A stretch of 64,000 nucleotides of DNA from Halorarum halobium (GTDB lineage: Archaea > Halobacteriota > Halobacteria > Halobacteriales > Haloferacaceae): assembly GCF_032116555.1 (NCBI RefSeq), contig NZ_CP134949.1, positions 2,294,001 through 2,358,000 of the forward strand. Direction: 5' to 3'. The notes under the pieces were generated by a model. It searched no databases, was not told where the DNA came from, and saw only the letters and a list, made by a program, of their open reading frames with translations. Position numbers and translations under genes: made by a program. Of this stretch, positions 26,773-36,812 are shown one piece after another; position 1 is the first letter of the stretch, and the number at the start of each line of letters is the position of its first letter.

Positions 26773-27819
26773 ATGTTCGGGAAATCGAAGTGGATCAAGC
26801 TCCCGCGGAACGTGCTCATCGGCCACGGCGTCGTGGACCAGGTTGGCGCGGCCGTCGCGGAGCTGTCCGTCGCCGGGCGCCCCCTGCTGGTGACGAGCCC
26901 CTCGCCGGAGGACATCGCCGGCGACCGGGTTCGGGCGCAGTTCGACGACGTGGCGACGACGACCGTGAGCGACGCCAGCTTCTCGGCGGTCGGCGAGGTC
27001 ATCGAGGCCGCCGAGGCCGCGGACGCGACGTTCCTCGTCGCGCTCGGCGGCGGCAAGCCCATCGACATCGCGAAGATGGCCGCCGACGAACTCGATCTCG
27101 GCTTCGTCTCGGTGCCGACGGCCGCGAGTCACGACGGCATCGTCTCGGGCCGCTCCTCGATCCCCGACGAGGACACCCGCCACTCGGTCGCGGCCGACCC
27201 GCCGCTCGCGGTCATCGCCGACACCGAACTGATGGCGAACGCGCCCTGGGAGCTTACGACTGCGGGCTGTGCGGACATCATCTCGAACTACACGGCGGTG
27301 AAGGACTGGCGGCTCGCCCGGCGGCTCCGGAACGTCGAGTACTCGGAGTACGCCGGCGCGCTCTCGGAGATGACCGCCGAGATGCTCGTGGGCAACGCCG
27401 GCTCGATCAAGCGCGGGCTCGAGGAGTCGGCCTGGGTCGTCTCCAAGGCGCTCGTCTCCTCGGGCGTGGCGATGTCGATCGCCGGTTCCTCCCGCCCCGC
27501 CTCGGGGTCGGAACACCTCTTTTCCCACCAGCTCGACCGGATCGCGCCCGGCGCGGCGCTCCACGGCCACCAGGTCGGCGTCGGCTCGATCATGACGGAG
27601 TTCCTCCACACCGGCGAGAACGGCTCCTGGCGGGACATCCGGGACGCGCTCCGGGCCATCGGCGCGCCGACCACCGCGGACGAACTCGGCGTCGACGGGG
27701 AGACGGTCATCGAGGCGCTCACCACGGCACACGAGATCCGCGACCGCTACACCATCCTCGCGGGCGGGATCAACGAGAACGCCGCGCGCGAGGTGGCGTC
27801 GTTCACGGGCGTCATCTGA
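26773..27819 (+). CDS. egsA: sn-glycerol-1-phosphate dehydrogenase
   Basis: WIKLPRNV, GGGKPIDIAK, PTAASHDG, SSRPASGSEHLFSH, LHGHQVG. Confidence 0.97.
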   Translation: MFGKSKWIKLPRNVLIGHGVVDQVGAAVAELSVAGRPLLVTSPSPEDIAGDRVRAQFDDVATTTVSDASFSAVGEVIEAAEAADATFLVALGGGKPIDIAKMAADELDLGFVSVPTAASHDGIVSGRSSIPDEDTRHSVAADPPLAVIADTELMANAPWELTTAGCADIISNYTAVKDWRLARRLRNVEYSEYAGALSEMTAEMLVGNAGSIKRGLEESAWVVSKALVSSGVAMSIAGSSRPASGSEHLFSHQLDRIAPGAALHGHQVGVGSIMTEFLHTGENGSWRDIRDALRAIGAPTTADELGVDGETVIEALTTAHEIRDRYTILAGGINENAAREVASFTGVI

Positions 27820-27848
27820 GGCCGCGAACCCGTCGGCGACTCGCCGAA

Positions 27849-28568
27849 TCAATCGTCGGTCGCACGCGGCTCCTCGACGGAGTCCCGGGTCGGGTCACGC
27901 GGCGACAGTTCCGACCTCTCCGCGCGCTCTTCGAGCCGCGTGACCCGGGTCGACAGCGGCGGGTGCCGGGAGAGCCGACCGCCCTCGGCGACGTGGCCGG
28001 CCGAGGCGAGCGAGTCGAGCGCCGCGGCCAGGGCCCCGCCGTCGGCACGGGCGGCGGCGAAGCGGTCCGCGTCGCGTTCGCTCCAGCGCGAGACGCGAAC
28101 CGTGAAGTACGCGGCAGGCAGGACGAGCGCGGCCCCGACGAGGAAGCCGGGGACGGGCGCGACCGTCGCGCCGACGGCCCAGGTGACCGCGAACGCGACG
28201 GGGACGGCGATCCGCAGCGGGACGTGACGTCGCGCCAGGTGGCCGTACTCGTGACGGACGACCGCGGCGACCTGGTCGGGCGACAGGTCTGCGACGAGCC
28301 GTTCCGAGACGAACACCCGGCCGTGGCCGGGCGAGAAGCCGGCGGCGAACGCGACCGGGCCGCGGTCGCCAGCCAGCACCCGAACCCGCTCGGCCGGGAC
28401 GCCGGCGGCGGCGACCGACTCGGCGAGCCCCGACGCGAGAGGGGTGGTGGACTCCGTCCGGCCGACGACGAGGGGTGCCAGGCCGGTTCCGAGGACGCCG
28501 GCGACGACGATCGCCCAGAGCTCCCACCAGGAGAGCAGCCACGCGCTCAGTGCCTCGACCGGGCTCAT
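27849..28568 (-). CDS. M48/HtpX-like membrane metallopeptidase
   Basis: HEYGH, ERDADRFA, HPPLSTRV. Confidence 0.85.
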   Translation of the reverse strand: MSPVEALSAWLLSWWELWAIVVAGVLGTGLAPLVVGRTESTTPLASGLAESVAAAGVPAERVRVLAGDRGPVAFAAGFSPGHGRVFVSERLVADLSPDQVAAVVRHEYGHLARRHVPLRIAVPVAFAVTWAVGATVAPVPGFLVGAALVLPAAYFTVRVSRWSERDADRFAAARADGGALAAALDSLASAGHVAEGGRLSRHPPLSTRVTRLEERAERSELSPRDPTRDSVEEPRATDD

Positions 28569-28710
28569 CGAGCGCGGGTCGGGGAGCGACGGTGACGGGG
28601 TCGGCGGAGCGACACGGGGAACCCTCGCGCGAGCGTTGACGTAGGCTTTTCGCCGCGGTGAGGGGCACCCTCCCGCGGGAAGACCTCACCGGAAAGACCT
28701 CACCGGAACC

Positions 28711-29226
28711 CTACAGCGGGAACTCCCTGACTGCGGGGTAGCGGACGGCGTTCGGCTGCTCGTCGACCCAGCGTGCCTCGGCGATCTCGCCCGGCTCCGG
28801 CCGGACGTCGCCGCCCTCGTAGCGCGCGTCGAACACGACGACGAGGCGGGTGATGGGTGGTCGGTCGGCGTGTTCGTGGACGGCGACCGCGGCGCGGACG
28901 ACGCCGACCGGTCGACAGTCGATGCCGGTCTCCTCGCGCGTCTCCCGTACCGCCGTCTCGGCGAGCGGCTCGCCCGGTTCCTGCTTGCCGGCCGGTTCGG
29001 ACCAGCCGTCGCTCCCCACCTCCCGGACCATCAGCGCCGCGCCGTCCCCACGTCGGACCCACGCGCCCGCGCCGCCGACCGTCCCGGCCTCGGCACGCTC
29101 CCTGGTTCGTCCGTACGTCTCGGCGTCGACCCGCCACGTCTCCTCGACGACCGGGACCTCGTCGAAGCGCTCGCGGAGCGAGTCGAGGGCGCGGTCGACC
29201 GCGCGGCGCGACGACTCGGCGATCAC
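28711..29226 (-). CDS. NUDIX hydrolase
   Basis: PAGKQEPGEPLAETAVRETREETG Nudix box; start uncertain (GTG 29226). Confidence 0.88.
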   Translation of the reverse strand: MIAESSRRAVDRALDSLRERFDEVPVVEETWRVDAETYGRTRERAEAGTVGGAGAWVRRGDGAALMVREVGSDGWSEPAGKQEPGEPLAETAVRETREETGIDCRPVGVVRAAVAVHEHADRPPITRLVVVFDARYEGGDVRPEPGEIAEARWVDEQPNAVRYPAVREFPL

Positions 29227-29359
29227 GGGATCGAATCGTCCGGGGAGGCGGTGAACGGGGCGGATACCGGAAATCGTCTCCGGTACGGCGGCGGGTCCGG
29301 CCGGGTCACGCCGAGGCGAGAACCGAAGAGGAAAGGGACCCCACCCCGTACGGCCGGCC

Positions 29360-30004
29360 ATGGCAACTACCGACGTGGATGGGATCAGGGGGGCGGTCAA
29401 GTCCCATCCGCGCGCGTTCGTCGCCGCGGTGTCGGTCGTGGGGTACGGGCTGGTCATCGGCACGTTCGCGGGGGTCGTCCCGCAGTCGGTGTTCCCCTCG
29501 CTCACCGAGGCCGAGGTGAACGTCCTCAGCCACGCCATCGCCGCGGTGAACACGGTGACGACCGTGCTGCTGGTGCTGGGCTGGAAGTGGATCCGCGAGG
29601 GGGAGGTTCGCAAGCACGCGGCCGCGATGTCGGCGTCGTTCGGGCTCATCATGCTGTTTCTCGTCATGTACCTCTCGAAGGTCGGCGGCGGGCCGGGCGA
29701 GAAGCGCATCGTCGTCGAGTCGGGGATGTTCCTCGGGCAGTTCGCGGGCGCGGTCGAACTCGGCTACCTGCTCATGCTCGCGGTCCACATCCTCCTCTCG
29801 GTGGTGTCGGTCCCGGTGGTGCTGTACGCCATCACGCTCGGGGCCACGCACACGCCCGCGGAACTCCGGCGGACGCCCCACGCCCGGGTCGGTCGGGTCG
29901 CGGCGACGGCCTGGATCCTCTCGCTGGTGCTCGGGGTCGTGACGTACTTCCTCCTGAACTGGGTGTACGGCTACGAGTTCGCCCGCGTCTCGTACATGGG
30001 GTAA
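29360..30004 (+). CDS. DUF420 family membrane protein
   Basis: HAIAAVN, HAAAM, LAVHILLS, HARVGR...W conserved His pattern. Confidence 0.85.
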   Translation: MATTDVDGIRGAVKSHPRAFVAAVSVVGYGLVIGTFAGVVPQSVFPSLTEAEVNVLSHAIAAVNTVTTVLLVLGWKWIREGEVRKHAAAMSASFGLIMLFLVMYLSKVGGGPGEKRIVVESGMFLGQFAGAVELGYLLMLAVHILLSVVSVPVVLYAITLGATHTPAELRRTPHARVGRVAATAWILSLVLGVVTYFLLNWVYGYEFARVSYMG

Positions 30005-30133
30005 CGACGAACTGACGGGCGAGGGGAGGAACCGACGTGCGAGGCGCGGACTGACGAGTCGAGACGAACTGGCGACGCGGACAGCGGGGCCGCCTCCCGA
30101 AACGCTTTCTCCCGCGAGACGGACTCCCGGTCG

Positions 30134-31516
30134 ATGACTGATCTCTCGGAGCGGCCGGCGTGGATCGGCGAGACGTTCACCAGCGACGCGGGCTGGGACC
30201 TGCTCGAGGACCTGGTGGATCTTGGCAACCGGATGGCCGGACAGTCCGGCGAGCGCGCTGCGCTCGAACGCGTTCGGAACGCCCTCGCCGACGCTGGCTG
30301 TCGTGACGCGCGGATCGAGGAGTTCGACCTGCAGGGTTGGGTGCGCGGCGACGCCGGCATCGACGCGCCCGGCGGCGACGAGGACTGCATCGCGCTCCCG
30401 CGCTCGCCGCCGGGCGAGGCGACGGGCGAACTCGTCGACCTCGGCTACGGCCTCCCCGACGACTTCGAATCGACCGACGTCGAGGGAAAACTCGTCATGG
30501 TCTCCTCGACCGTGCCGGACCACTACGAGCGCTTCATCCACCGTCGCGAGAAGTACTACTTGGCCGTGACGAACGGCGCGGCCGGCTTCCTCTTCCGGAA
30601 CCACGTCGAGGGCTGTCTCCCGCCGACCGGCTCGGTCGGGACCGCGGACGCGCCGATCGGTGACGTCCCGGCGGTCGGCGTCTCCGCGGAGGTCGGCGCG
30701 CGGCTCGAACGGCGCGCGGCGGGCGAGGCGGTCACGGTGACGGTCGACTGCGAGACGCCGGCGGCCACGAGTGGGAACGCGATGGCCGAACTGGGGCCGC
30801 GCGGCCCGGCCCGCGGAGGAGCCGGCGATGCCGGCGGAACCGACGAGGAACTGCTCGTGACCTCCCACGCGGACGCCCACGACATCGCCGAGGGCGCGAT
30901 GGACAACGGCGCCGGAACCGCCTCGATCGTCGAGGTTGCACACGCGCTCGCGCGGAATGAGGACGCGCTCGACACGCGGGTTCGCTTCGTCGCCTTCGGG
31001 GCCGAGGAGGTCGGGCTGGTCGGTTCCTCGGTCGAGGCCGAGCGCACGGACCACGACCGGGTGAAAGCGATCGTCAACGTCGACTCGAACGTGTTCGGCC
31101 GGACGCTGAAGCTCCACACGCACGGGTTCGACGACCTGACGGCGGCCGCCGAGCGCGTCGGCGAACGCTTCGACCACCCGGTCGCGACGATTCCCGAGCA
31201 GAACCCCCACAGCGACCACTGGCCGTTCGTGCAGGCCGGCGTTCCGGGCTACATGGTTTCCGGCAAGACCGAGGGCAGGGGCCGCGGCTGGGGTCACACG
31301 TTCGCGGACACGCTCGAGAAGCTGGAGGTGCGGAACCTCCGCGAGCAGGCCGTCCTCCTCGCTGGGCTCGTCGCGGACCTCGCCGACGGGGACACCGCCG
31401 TCGCCCGGCAGGACCCCGCCGACATCGCCGCCGCCGTCGAGGCCCAGGACCTCGCGGAGGGCATGAAGGTGACCGGCGACTGGCCGTACGACGAGGACGG
31501 AAACCTGGCGGAGTAG
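30134..31516 (+). CDS. M28 family aminopeptidase with PA domain
   Basis: SHADAH, GAMDNGAG, AEEVGLVGS, SDHWPF, HTFADT. Confidence 0.93.
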   Translation: MTDLSERPAWIGETFTSDAGWDLLEDLVDLGNRMAGQSGERAALERVRNALADAGCRDARIEEFDLQGWVRGDAGIDAPGGDEDCIALPRSPPGEATGELVDLGYGLPDDFESTDVEGKLVMVSSTVPDHYERFIHRREKYYLAVTNGAAGFLFRNHVEGCLPPTGSVGTADAPIGDVPAVGVSAEVGARLERRAAGEAVTVTVDCETPAATSGNAMAELGPRGPARGGAGDAGGTDEELLVTSHADAHDIAEGAMDNGAGTASIVEVAHALARNEDALDTRVRFVAFGAEEVGLVGSSVEAERTDHDRVKAIVNVDSNVFGRTLKLHTHGFDDLTAAAERVGERFDHPVATIPEQNPHSDHWPFVQAGVPGYMVSGKTEGRGRGWGHTFADTLEKLEVRNLREQAVLLAGLVADLADGDTAVARQDPADIAAAVEAQDLAEGMKVTGDWPYDEDGNLAE

Positions 31517-32003
31517 CGACCGAACGACCGCGACTGCGGCCTTTTCCGGCCGTTCCCTCGGCGACGATCGCCGGCTCATCCCTCAGGCGACGTGTCCCGT
31601 CCGTCCACCCTGCGACGACCACCGACCGACCGCCACGGGTGGGAATGGAAGGGGCCTCGGCTTTCATGGGCTCAAACACCCGTGAACTCGGGAGAGCGTG
31701 CTCTCCAGTAGCTCGGGGAACCCTGGACCCGCAAGCACCGCAGGAGCGAGTGAAGCGAGCGACGAGGAGCGCAGCGCGGTCCGCGGGAGTCCCGTGAGCG
31801 AACGCGAACGAGAGCTCGGAAGTCGCAGCCCGCACAGCGAAGCGAGCAGGAACGTCTTCCGTAGGCCGAGAGCCGCGGGGACTTCCGCGGTCGTCACCAG
31901 CGGGAGCCGAACGAACACTACGCCACCGGCTCCACTCGCGAACGAAACCGACGGCAGAATCGGACCCACGCCGATTAAGTCCCGGCCCGCGAATCGTCCC
32001 ACG

Positions 32004-32708
32004 ATGAGCGAACTCGCGGTCGCGCTCGCCGGGGACGACGGGACGGTCCGCGACGCCGTCGAGGCGGTCGGCGGGGCGGTCGTCCCGGCCGCCGAGGCGG
32101 ACGCGCTGGTGACGCTCGGCGAGGCGGCGCTCGTGGACGCCGCGCTCTCGGAGCCGGCGGTCCCACTCCTCGCGGTCGGCGCCGACGGAGGGCTCCACTC
32201 AGTGTCGTCACGCGAGGTCGGGCGGGCCCTCGACGCGCTCGAGGCCGGAAGCGTTCGGAGAACCTCCCACGACGTACTCTCGGTCGCGGTCGGCGGAGAG
32301 CGCGTCGCGCGCGGGCTGCTCGACGTCTCGCTGATGACCGACGGACCGGCACACATCTCGGAGTACTCCGTCCGCGCCGGCGGCGACGAGATCGACCGCT
32401 TCCGCGCGGACGGGGTCGTCGTCGCCACGCCCGCCGGGTCGTCGGGCTATGCGCGGGCCGCGGGCGGGCCGGTGCTGGGACCCGGCGCGGGCCTGAGCGT
32501 CGTCCCCGTCTCGGCGTTCGAGACGAACCCGGACACGTGGGTTCTCGACGACGACGTGGGGCTGGTGGTCGAGCGCGACGACAGCGCCATCGACCTCGTG
32601 GTCGACGGCTCGGTGGTCGCGTCGGTCCCGGTCCGGACGCCGGTCGAGGTGGTGCCTGACGGGAGCGTCGACCTGCTCCGGGTACCCAAGGTGGCGTCCT
32701 CCGGGTAG
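32004..32708 (+). CDS. NAD kinase-like protein (degenerate N-terminal motif)
   Basis: ADGVVVATPAGSSGYARAAGGP present; GGDG motif appears as LGEAA. Confidence 0.8.
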   Translation: MSELAVALAGDDGTVRDAVEAVGGAVVPAAEADALVTLGEAALVDAALSEPAVPLLAVGADGGLHSVSSREVGRALDALEAGSVRRTSHDVLSVAVGGERVARGLLDVSLMTDGPAHISEYSVRAGGDEIDRFRADGVVVATPAGSSGYARAAGGPVLGPGAGLSVVPVSAFETNPDTWVLDDDVGLVVERDDSAIDLVVDGSVVASVPVRTPVEVVPDGSVDLLRVPKVASSG

Positions 32709-32823
32709 CCGGGCCCCCGACTCCGGGGCGGCGACCCGCTTCCGGCGAACCGCCCGGAACCGACGCGGCGCCACGGCGCCCCGATTGGAAACCTTCTAAT
32801 GAGTCGTGTCCACACTACTCCGT

Positions 32824-33276
32824 ATGCAACCGCTACCGCTGCAGTTCCTCGTCCCGGTCGGGGCGCTGGAAGCCGTCGCGGGAGTTCTGCCGGCCGTCAT
32901 CTTCGTGGTGGTGCTGGTGAACCTCCTGACCCGGTACCTCGCCCAGCGTGCCTACGCCCGACAGGCCGAGGAGGGCGACGACGACGAGGCCATCTCGCGG
33001 TACATCCCCCACGAGGTGGCAAACTTCGCGCTGATCCTGCTCGCGTTCGCCATGACGGTCGTACAGCCCCACGGCGGGCTCGTGCTCGCCACGCTCGTCG
33101 TCGGCCTGTTCATCTCGGACTTCTTCGAGTTCGAGGCCCGGCGCGTCGAGGCGCGCAACGGCATGGAGATCGAATCGCCCAAGGGCGCCATCTTCGCCTC
33201 CGCGCTCGTCGTGCTGTACGCCGGCTTCCAGGCGTTCTTCTTCCTCGTCGAGCCGTACTGGGGCCAGATCGTCTGA
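32824..33276 (+). CDS. Conserved haloarchaeal membrane protein
   Basis: About four TM segments, SDFFEFEARRVEARN motif. Confidence 0.75.
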   Translation: MQPLPLQFLVPVGALEAVAGVLPAVIFVVVLVNLLTRYLAQRAYARQAEEGDDDEAISRYIPHEVANFALILLAFAMTVVQPHGGLVLATLVVGLFISDFFEFEARRVEARNGMEIESPKGAIFASALVVLYAGFQAFFFLVEPYWGQIV

Positions 33277-33369
33277 GCGACGACGACCCCGGGAGTCCGG
33301 ACCGACGATCCGTTCTCACGCGCGTTCCGCGACCCGCACGTACTTGCCCGTCTCGGACGAGGACGTCCC

Positions 33370-34392
33370 ATGGCGAGTGACAGCCAGCACGGCAGCGCGC
33401 TGTTCGTGGGCGGCACGCGGTTCATCGGCCGGCACGCGGTCGAACGGTTCCGCGAGGCGGGGTACGACGTGACCGCGCTGAGCCGCGGCACCCACGAGTT
33501 CCCGTTCGGGAACGACGTGGGCCACGTCGAGGGCGACCGCACGAACCGCGAGGCCCTCGTTCGGGCCCGCGACGCGGCCGACCCCGACGTCGTGATCGAC
33601 ACGTACGCGATGCACCCGGGCGAGGTCCGGGCCGCGACCGACGTGTTCGCCGACGCCCGCTACGTCTACGTCTCGTCGGGCAGCGCCTACGACGCGCCCG
33701 ACGTGCCGATGCGCGAGGGCGAGACGCCGCTGCACGCCTGCGAGCCCGGACAGGAGGACGAGGACTCCGTCGAGACGTACGGCCCGCGGAAGGCCGAGGG
33801 GGACCGCGCGGTGTTCGCGGCCGCCGAGGGGGGCGTCGAAGCGATGGCGGTCCGTCCGATGCTGGTGTACGGCCCGCACGATTACACCGAGCGGTTCGGC
33901 TACTGGGTGAACCGCGTCGCCGAGTACGACCGCGTGCTGGTGCCGGGCGACGGCGGGTCGCTGCTCCATCGGGCGTACGTCGAGGACGTCGCCGCGGGAC
34001 TGCTCCGGGTCGCCGAGCGCGGGGACCCCGGCGAGGCGTACAACGTCGCCGACCGGAACACGTTCCCGCTGGAGCGCTCGCTCGAACTCGTCGCCGACGC
34101 GCTCGACGCGGACGTCGAGGTCGTCCACGCGAGCGAGCGCGAACTGGCCGAGTTCGACGTCGAACCGACGGACTTCCCGCTGTACACGCCGCGGCCCGCC
34201 GTGGTCTCGACCGGGAAACTGGCGGCGCTCGGCTGGGAGTCGACCCCGCCGGCCGAGGCGGTCGCGCGGACCGCCGAGGCCCACGTCGACGCGGGCGTGA
34301 CCGGTCCCGACGACGCGCTCGACCGCGGGACCGAAGAGCGGGTGCTCGACGCGCTCGCCGAGCGAGCGGCCGATGGATCCGACGCCGGGTGA
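33370..34392 (+). CDS. NAD-dependent epimerase/dehydratase family protein
   Basis: GGTRFIG, YGPRK, YGPHDYTER. Confidence 0.9.
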   Translation: MASDSQHGSALFVGGTRFIGRHAVERFREAGYDVTALSRGTHEFPFGNDVGHVEGDRTNREALVRARDAADPDVVIDTYAMHPGEVRAATDVFADARYVYVSSGSAYDAPDVPMREGETPLHACEPGQEDEDSVETYGPRKAEGDRAVFAAAEGGVEAMAVRPMLVYGPHDYTERFGYWVNRVAEYDRVLVPGDGGSLLHRAYVEDVAAGLLRVAERGDPGEAYNVADRNTFPLERSLELVADALDADVEVVHASERELAEFDVEPTDFPLYTPRPAVVSTGKLAALGWESTPPAEAVARTAEAHVDAGVTGPDDALDRGTEERVLDALAERAADGSDAG

Positions 34393-34467
34393 GGTCGGGA
34401 GCCGGCGTAACCGGCAACCGGGCCGCCGACCGCGGCAGTTTTCCCCACCGCAACCGAGGCGACTCGT

Positions 34468-35460
34468 ATGACCGACTCCGCGCTCGTCATCGGCGGGACG
34501 CGATTCATCGGCAGGCAGGTCGTCGAGGACCTGCTGGCGAACGGCTACGACGTCACCATCTTCAACCGCGGGAACCACGAGACCCCCTTTGCGGATGACG
34601 ATGCTGTGACCCACGTCGAGGGCGACCGGACCGACGACACCGACCTGAAGGCCGCCGCGCTGTCGGTGACGCCCGATATCGTGGTCGACTGCGTCGCCTA
34701 CTACCCCGCGGACGTGGAGGCTGCCGTCGAGATCTTCGCCGACGTGGACGGCTACGTCTACATCTCCTCCGGGTCCGCGTACGCGAGCGAGGAGATTCCC
34801 AAGCGCGAGGGCGTCACCGACCTGTGCGACTGCACGCCCGAACAGGCCACCGACGATTCGATGGACAGCTACGGCCCGCGGAAGGCCGAGGGCGACCGGG
34901 TCGTGGAGCGGGCCGCAGCGGAGGGGGTGAACGCGATGTCGGTTCGGCCCTGCATCGTCTACGGTCCCCACGACTACACCGAGCGGCTGGACTACTGGCT
35001 CGACCGCGTGATGAGCTACGACCGGGTGGTGGTCCCGGGGGACGGCCAGAACCTCTGGCACCGGGCGTACGTCGAGGACGTCGCCTCGGCGCTCCGTGTC
35101 GTCGCGGAACGGGGTCAGCCGGGCGCGGCGTACAACGTCGGCGACCGACGGGTCGTGACCCTGGAGGAGCTGGTGGACCTGATCGCGGACGTCGCCGGGA
35201 CCGAATGCGAGGTCGTCCACGCGAGCGACCGCGAGCTCTCCACGGCGGACCTGTCCGCCTCGGAGTTCATCCTCTACCGCGACTACCCGCACGTGCTGGA
35301 CACGAACGAGCTGGCGGCCCTCGGCTGGGAGTCGACGCCGCTGCGGGAGGCGATGGAGCGAACGCTGGCCGAACACCGGGAGTCCGAACGCGACGGTGCC
35401 GAACACGACCCGGGACGGGAGGCCGAGGAGACGGTGCTCGGCGTGCTCGACACCGTGTGA
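34468..35460 (+). CDS. NAD-dependent epimerase/dehydratase family protein (tandem paralog)
   Basis: GGTRFIG, YGPRK, YGPHDYTER; collinear with the preceding gene. Confidence 0.9.
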   Translation: MTDSALVIGGTRFIGRQVVEDLLANGYDVTIFNRGNHETPFADDDAVTHVEGDRTDDTDLKAAALSVTPDIVVDCVAYYPADVEAAVEIFADVDGYVYISSGSAYASEEIPKREGVTDLCDCTPEQATDDSMDSYGPRKAEGDRVVERAAAEGVNAMSVRPCIVYGPHDYTERLDYWLDRVMSYDRVVVPGDGQNLWHRAYVEDVASALRVVAERGQPGAAYNVGDRRVVTLEELVDLIADVAGTECEVVHASDRELSTADLSASEFILYRDYPHVLDTNELAALGWESTPLREAMERTLAEHRESERDGAEHDPGREAEETVLGVLDTV

Positions 35461-35497
35461 GTCGAAGCGGGCGACGGAGGCTGACCGCCGCGCCCGG

Positions 35498-36196
35498 TCA
35501 GGGCCGTCCGCCGTCCTCGCGGTCCCAGTCCATCTCGGCGACCTCGTCCTCCAGCCACTCGCGGAACCAGCGGACGCGCTTGAGTCGCTCGTGCGCGATG
35601 GACTCGGCCGTGTCGGACTCGACGCGGGAGACGTGGTCCTCGCCGCGTTCGAGCACGCGCTGGACCATCTGGGCGGCGTCCATGTGCGTCCGCGCCTCGT
35701 AGCCCATCCGGAGGAGCATCAGCGCGGTGCCGTTCGCGCCCACCTTGTCGAGCAGGTCGCCCTCGATGAGACACTGGGCCTCCAGCGAGAGGTCCGAGAG
35801 CGGCCCCTGGTACGAGTGGGCGGTGACGGCCGCACACACCTCGTCGACGAACGAGTCGGGGTACTCCCCGCGGCTAGTCAGGTACTCGCGGGCGACGCGA
35901 GCGCCCTCCTCGGCGTGGACGTCCTGGTCGGCCTCCAGCTTGGAGACGTCGTGGAACAGCGCCGCGACGCGGACGGCGTCGGTGTCGGCTCCCTCGCGCT
36001 CGGCGATGCGCTCGGCGATGGACACCACGTTGAGGATGTGGTTGAAGCGGTACTCGGCGGAGTGCCAGGGGTACCAGCGCATCCGGCCGCCGTCGTCCTC
36101 CGACTCGACGGAGGCGGCGAGGTACTCGCGGACGAACCGCTTCATGTCCGCGAACTCCTCCTCCGGGACGCGCGATCCCTTTATTTCGACGCCCAC
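35498..36196 (-). CDS. HD-domain phosphohydrolase
   Basis: H...AALFHDVSK...HAEEGA...H...GDLLD; start probably GTG 36196. Confidence 0.88.
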   Translation of the reverse strand: MGVEIKGSRVPEEEFADMKRFVREYLAASVESEDDGGRMRWYPWHSAEYRFNHILNVVSIAERIAEREGADTDAVRVAALFHDVSKLEADQDVHAEEGARVAREYLTSRGEYPDSFVDEVCAAVTAHSYQGPLSDLSLEAQCLIEGDLLDKVGANGTALMLLRMGYEARTHMDAAQMVQRVLERGEDHVSRVESDTAESIAHERLKRVRWFREWLEDEVAEMDWDREDGGRP

Positions 36197-36467
36197 GCGG
36201 AACACCTCCGGCTCCGCGGCGGGCGAGCAACGAGCGTAGTTCTCATTACGCGTACGTGAGGCGTGTTTCGTTCTTAGGCGTTACGACACCCGTACTTCGG
36301 CCCGTGATGAATTACGAAAGCGGTGGCAGCGAACGGCGAAACGGCTGCCGTGGTGGTGTTGAGGGGGGTGGACGATTGAATGGAGGAATGATAGTTCTCT
36401 AATGGTTTCGGGGGTTCCGTGTCCACGGACACTCGTTCTCCGTGGGTTCGTTCCTCGTGAAGCCGTT

Positions 36468-36670
36468 CTCGAAAGCCTCCGCGGGTCTCGACTCGGTGCG
36501 GCCGCTCGTGCGAGGCTCACGCGAGCGAAGCGAGGGTGACAACGGAAGTCGCAGCCGACGAGCGCAGTCGTTCGAAAATCGAAGATTTTCGTGATGACGA
36601 GAGAGCTTTGCTCTCTCGAACCGCGAGGAGGACCGTCTTCCCGTAGCGGAGCCAGCCGGGGGCTTTCGAG
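36468..36670. repeat. MITE/REP-like palindromic intergenic element
   Basis: Terminal IR CTCGAAAGCC...GGCTTTCGAG; internal module shared with 31817-31861; nested double hairpin at 36570-36621. Confidence 0.65.
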
Positions 36671-36812
36671 GCGGGCGTTACGATACCCGAAGCAGGACCG
36701 ACTGCGACGAACCGAGCCGATAGCCACTGGGTCCTTCCGGACCACGCAGTGGATTACCCAATCCGCCCTCGACGTCAGAACCGCTATAACCCGAGCCCCA
36801 CTTCCAGCAGCC

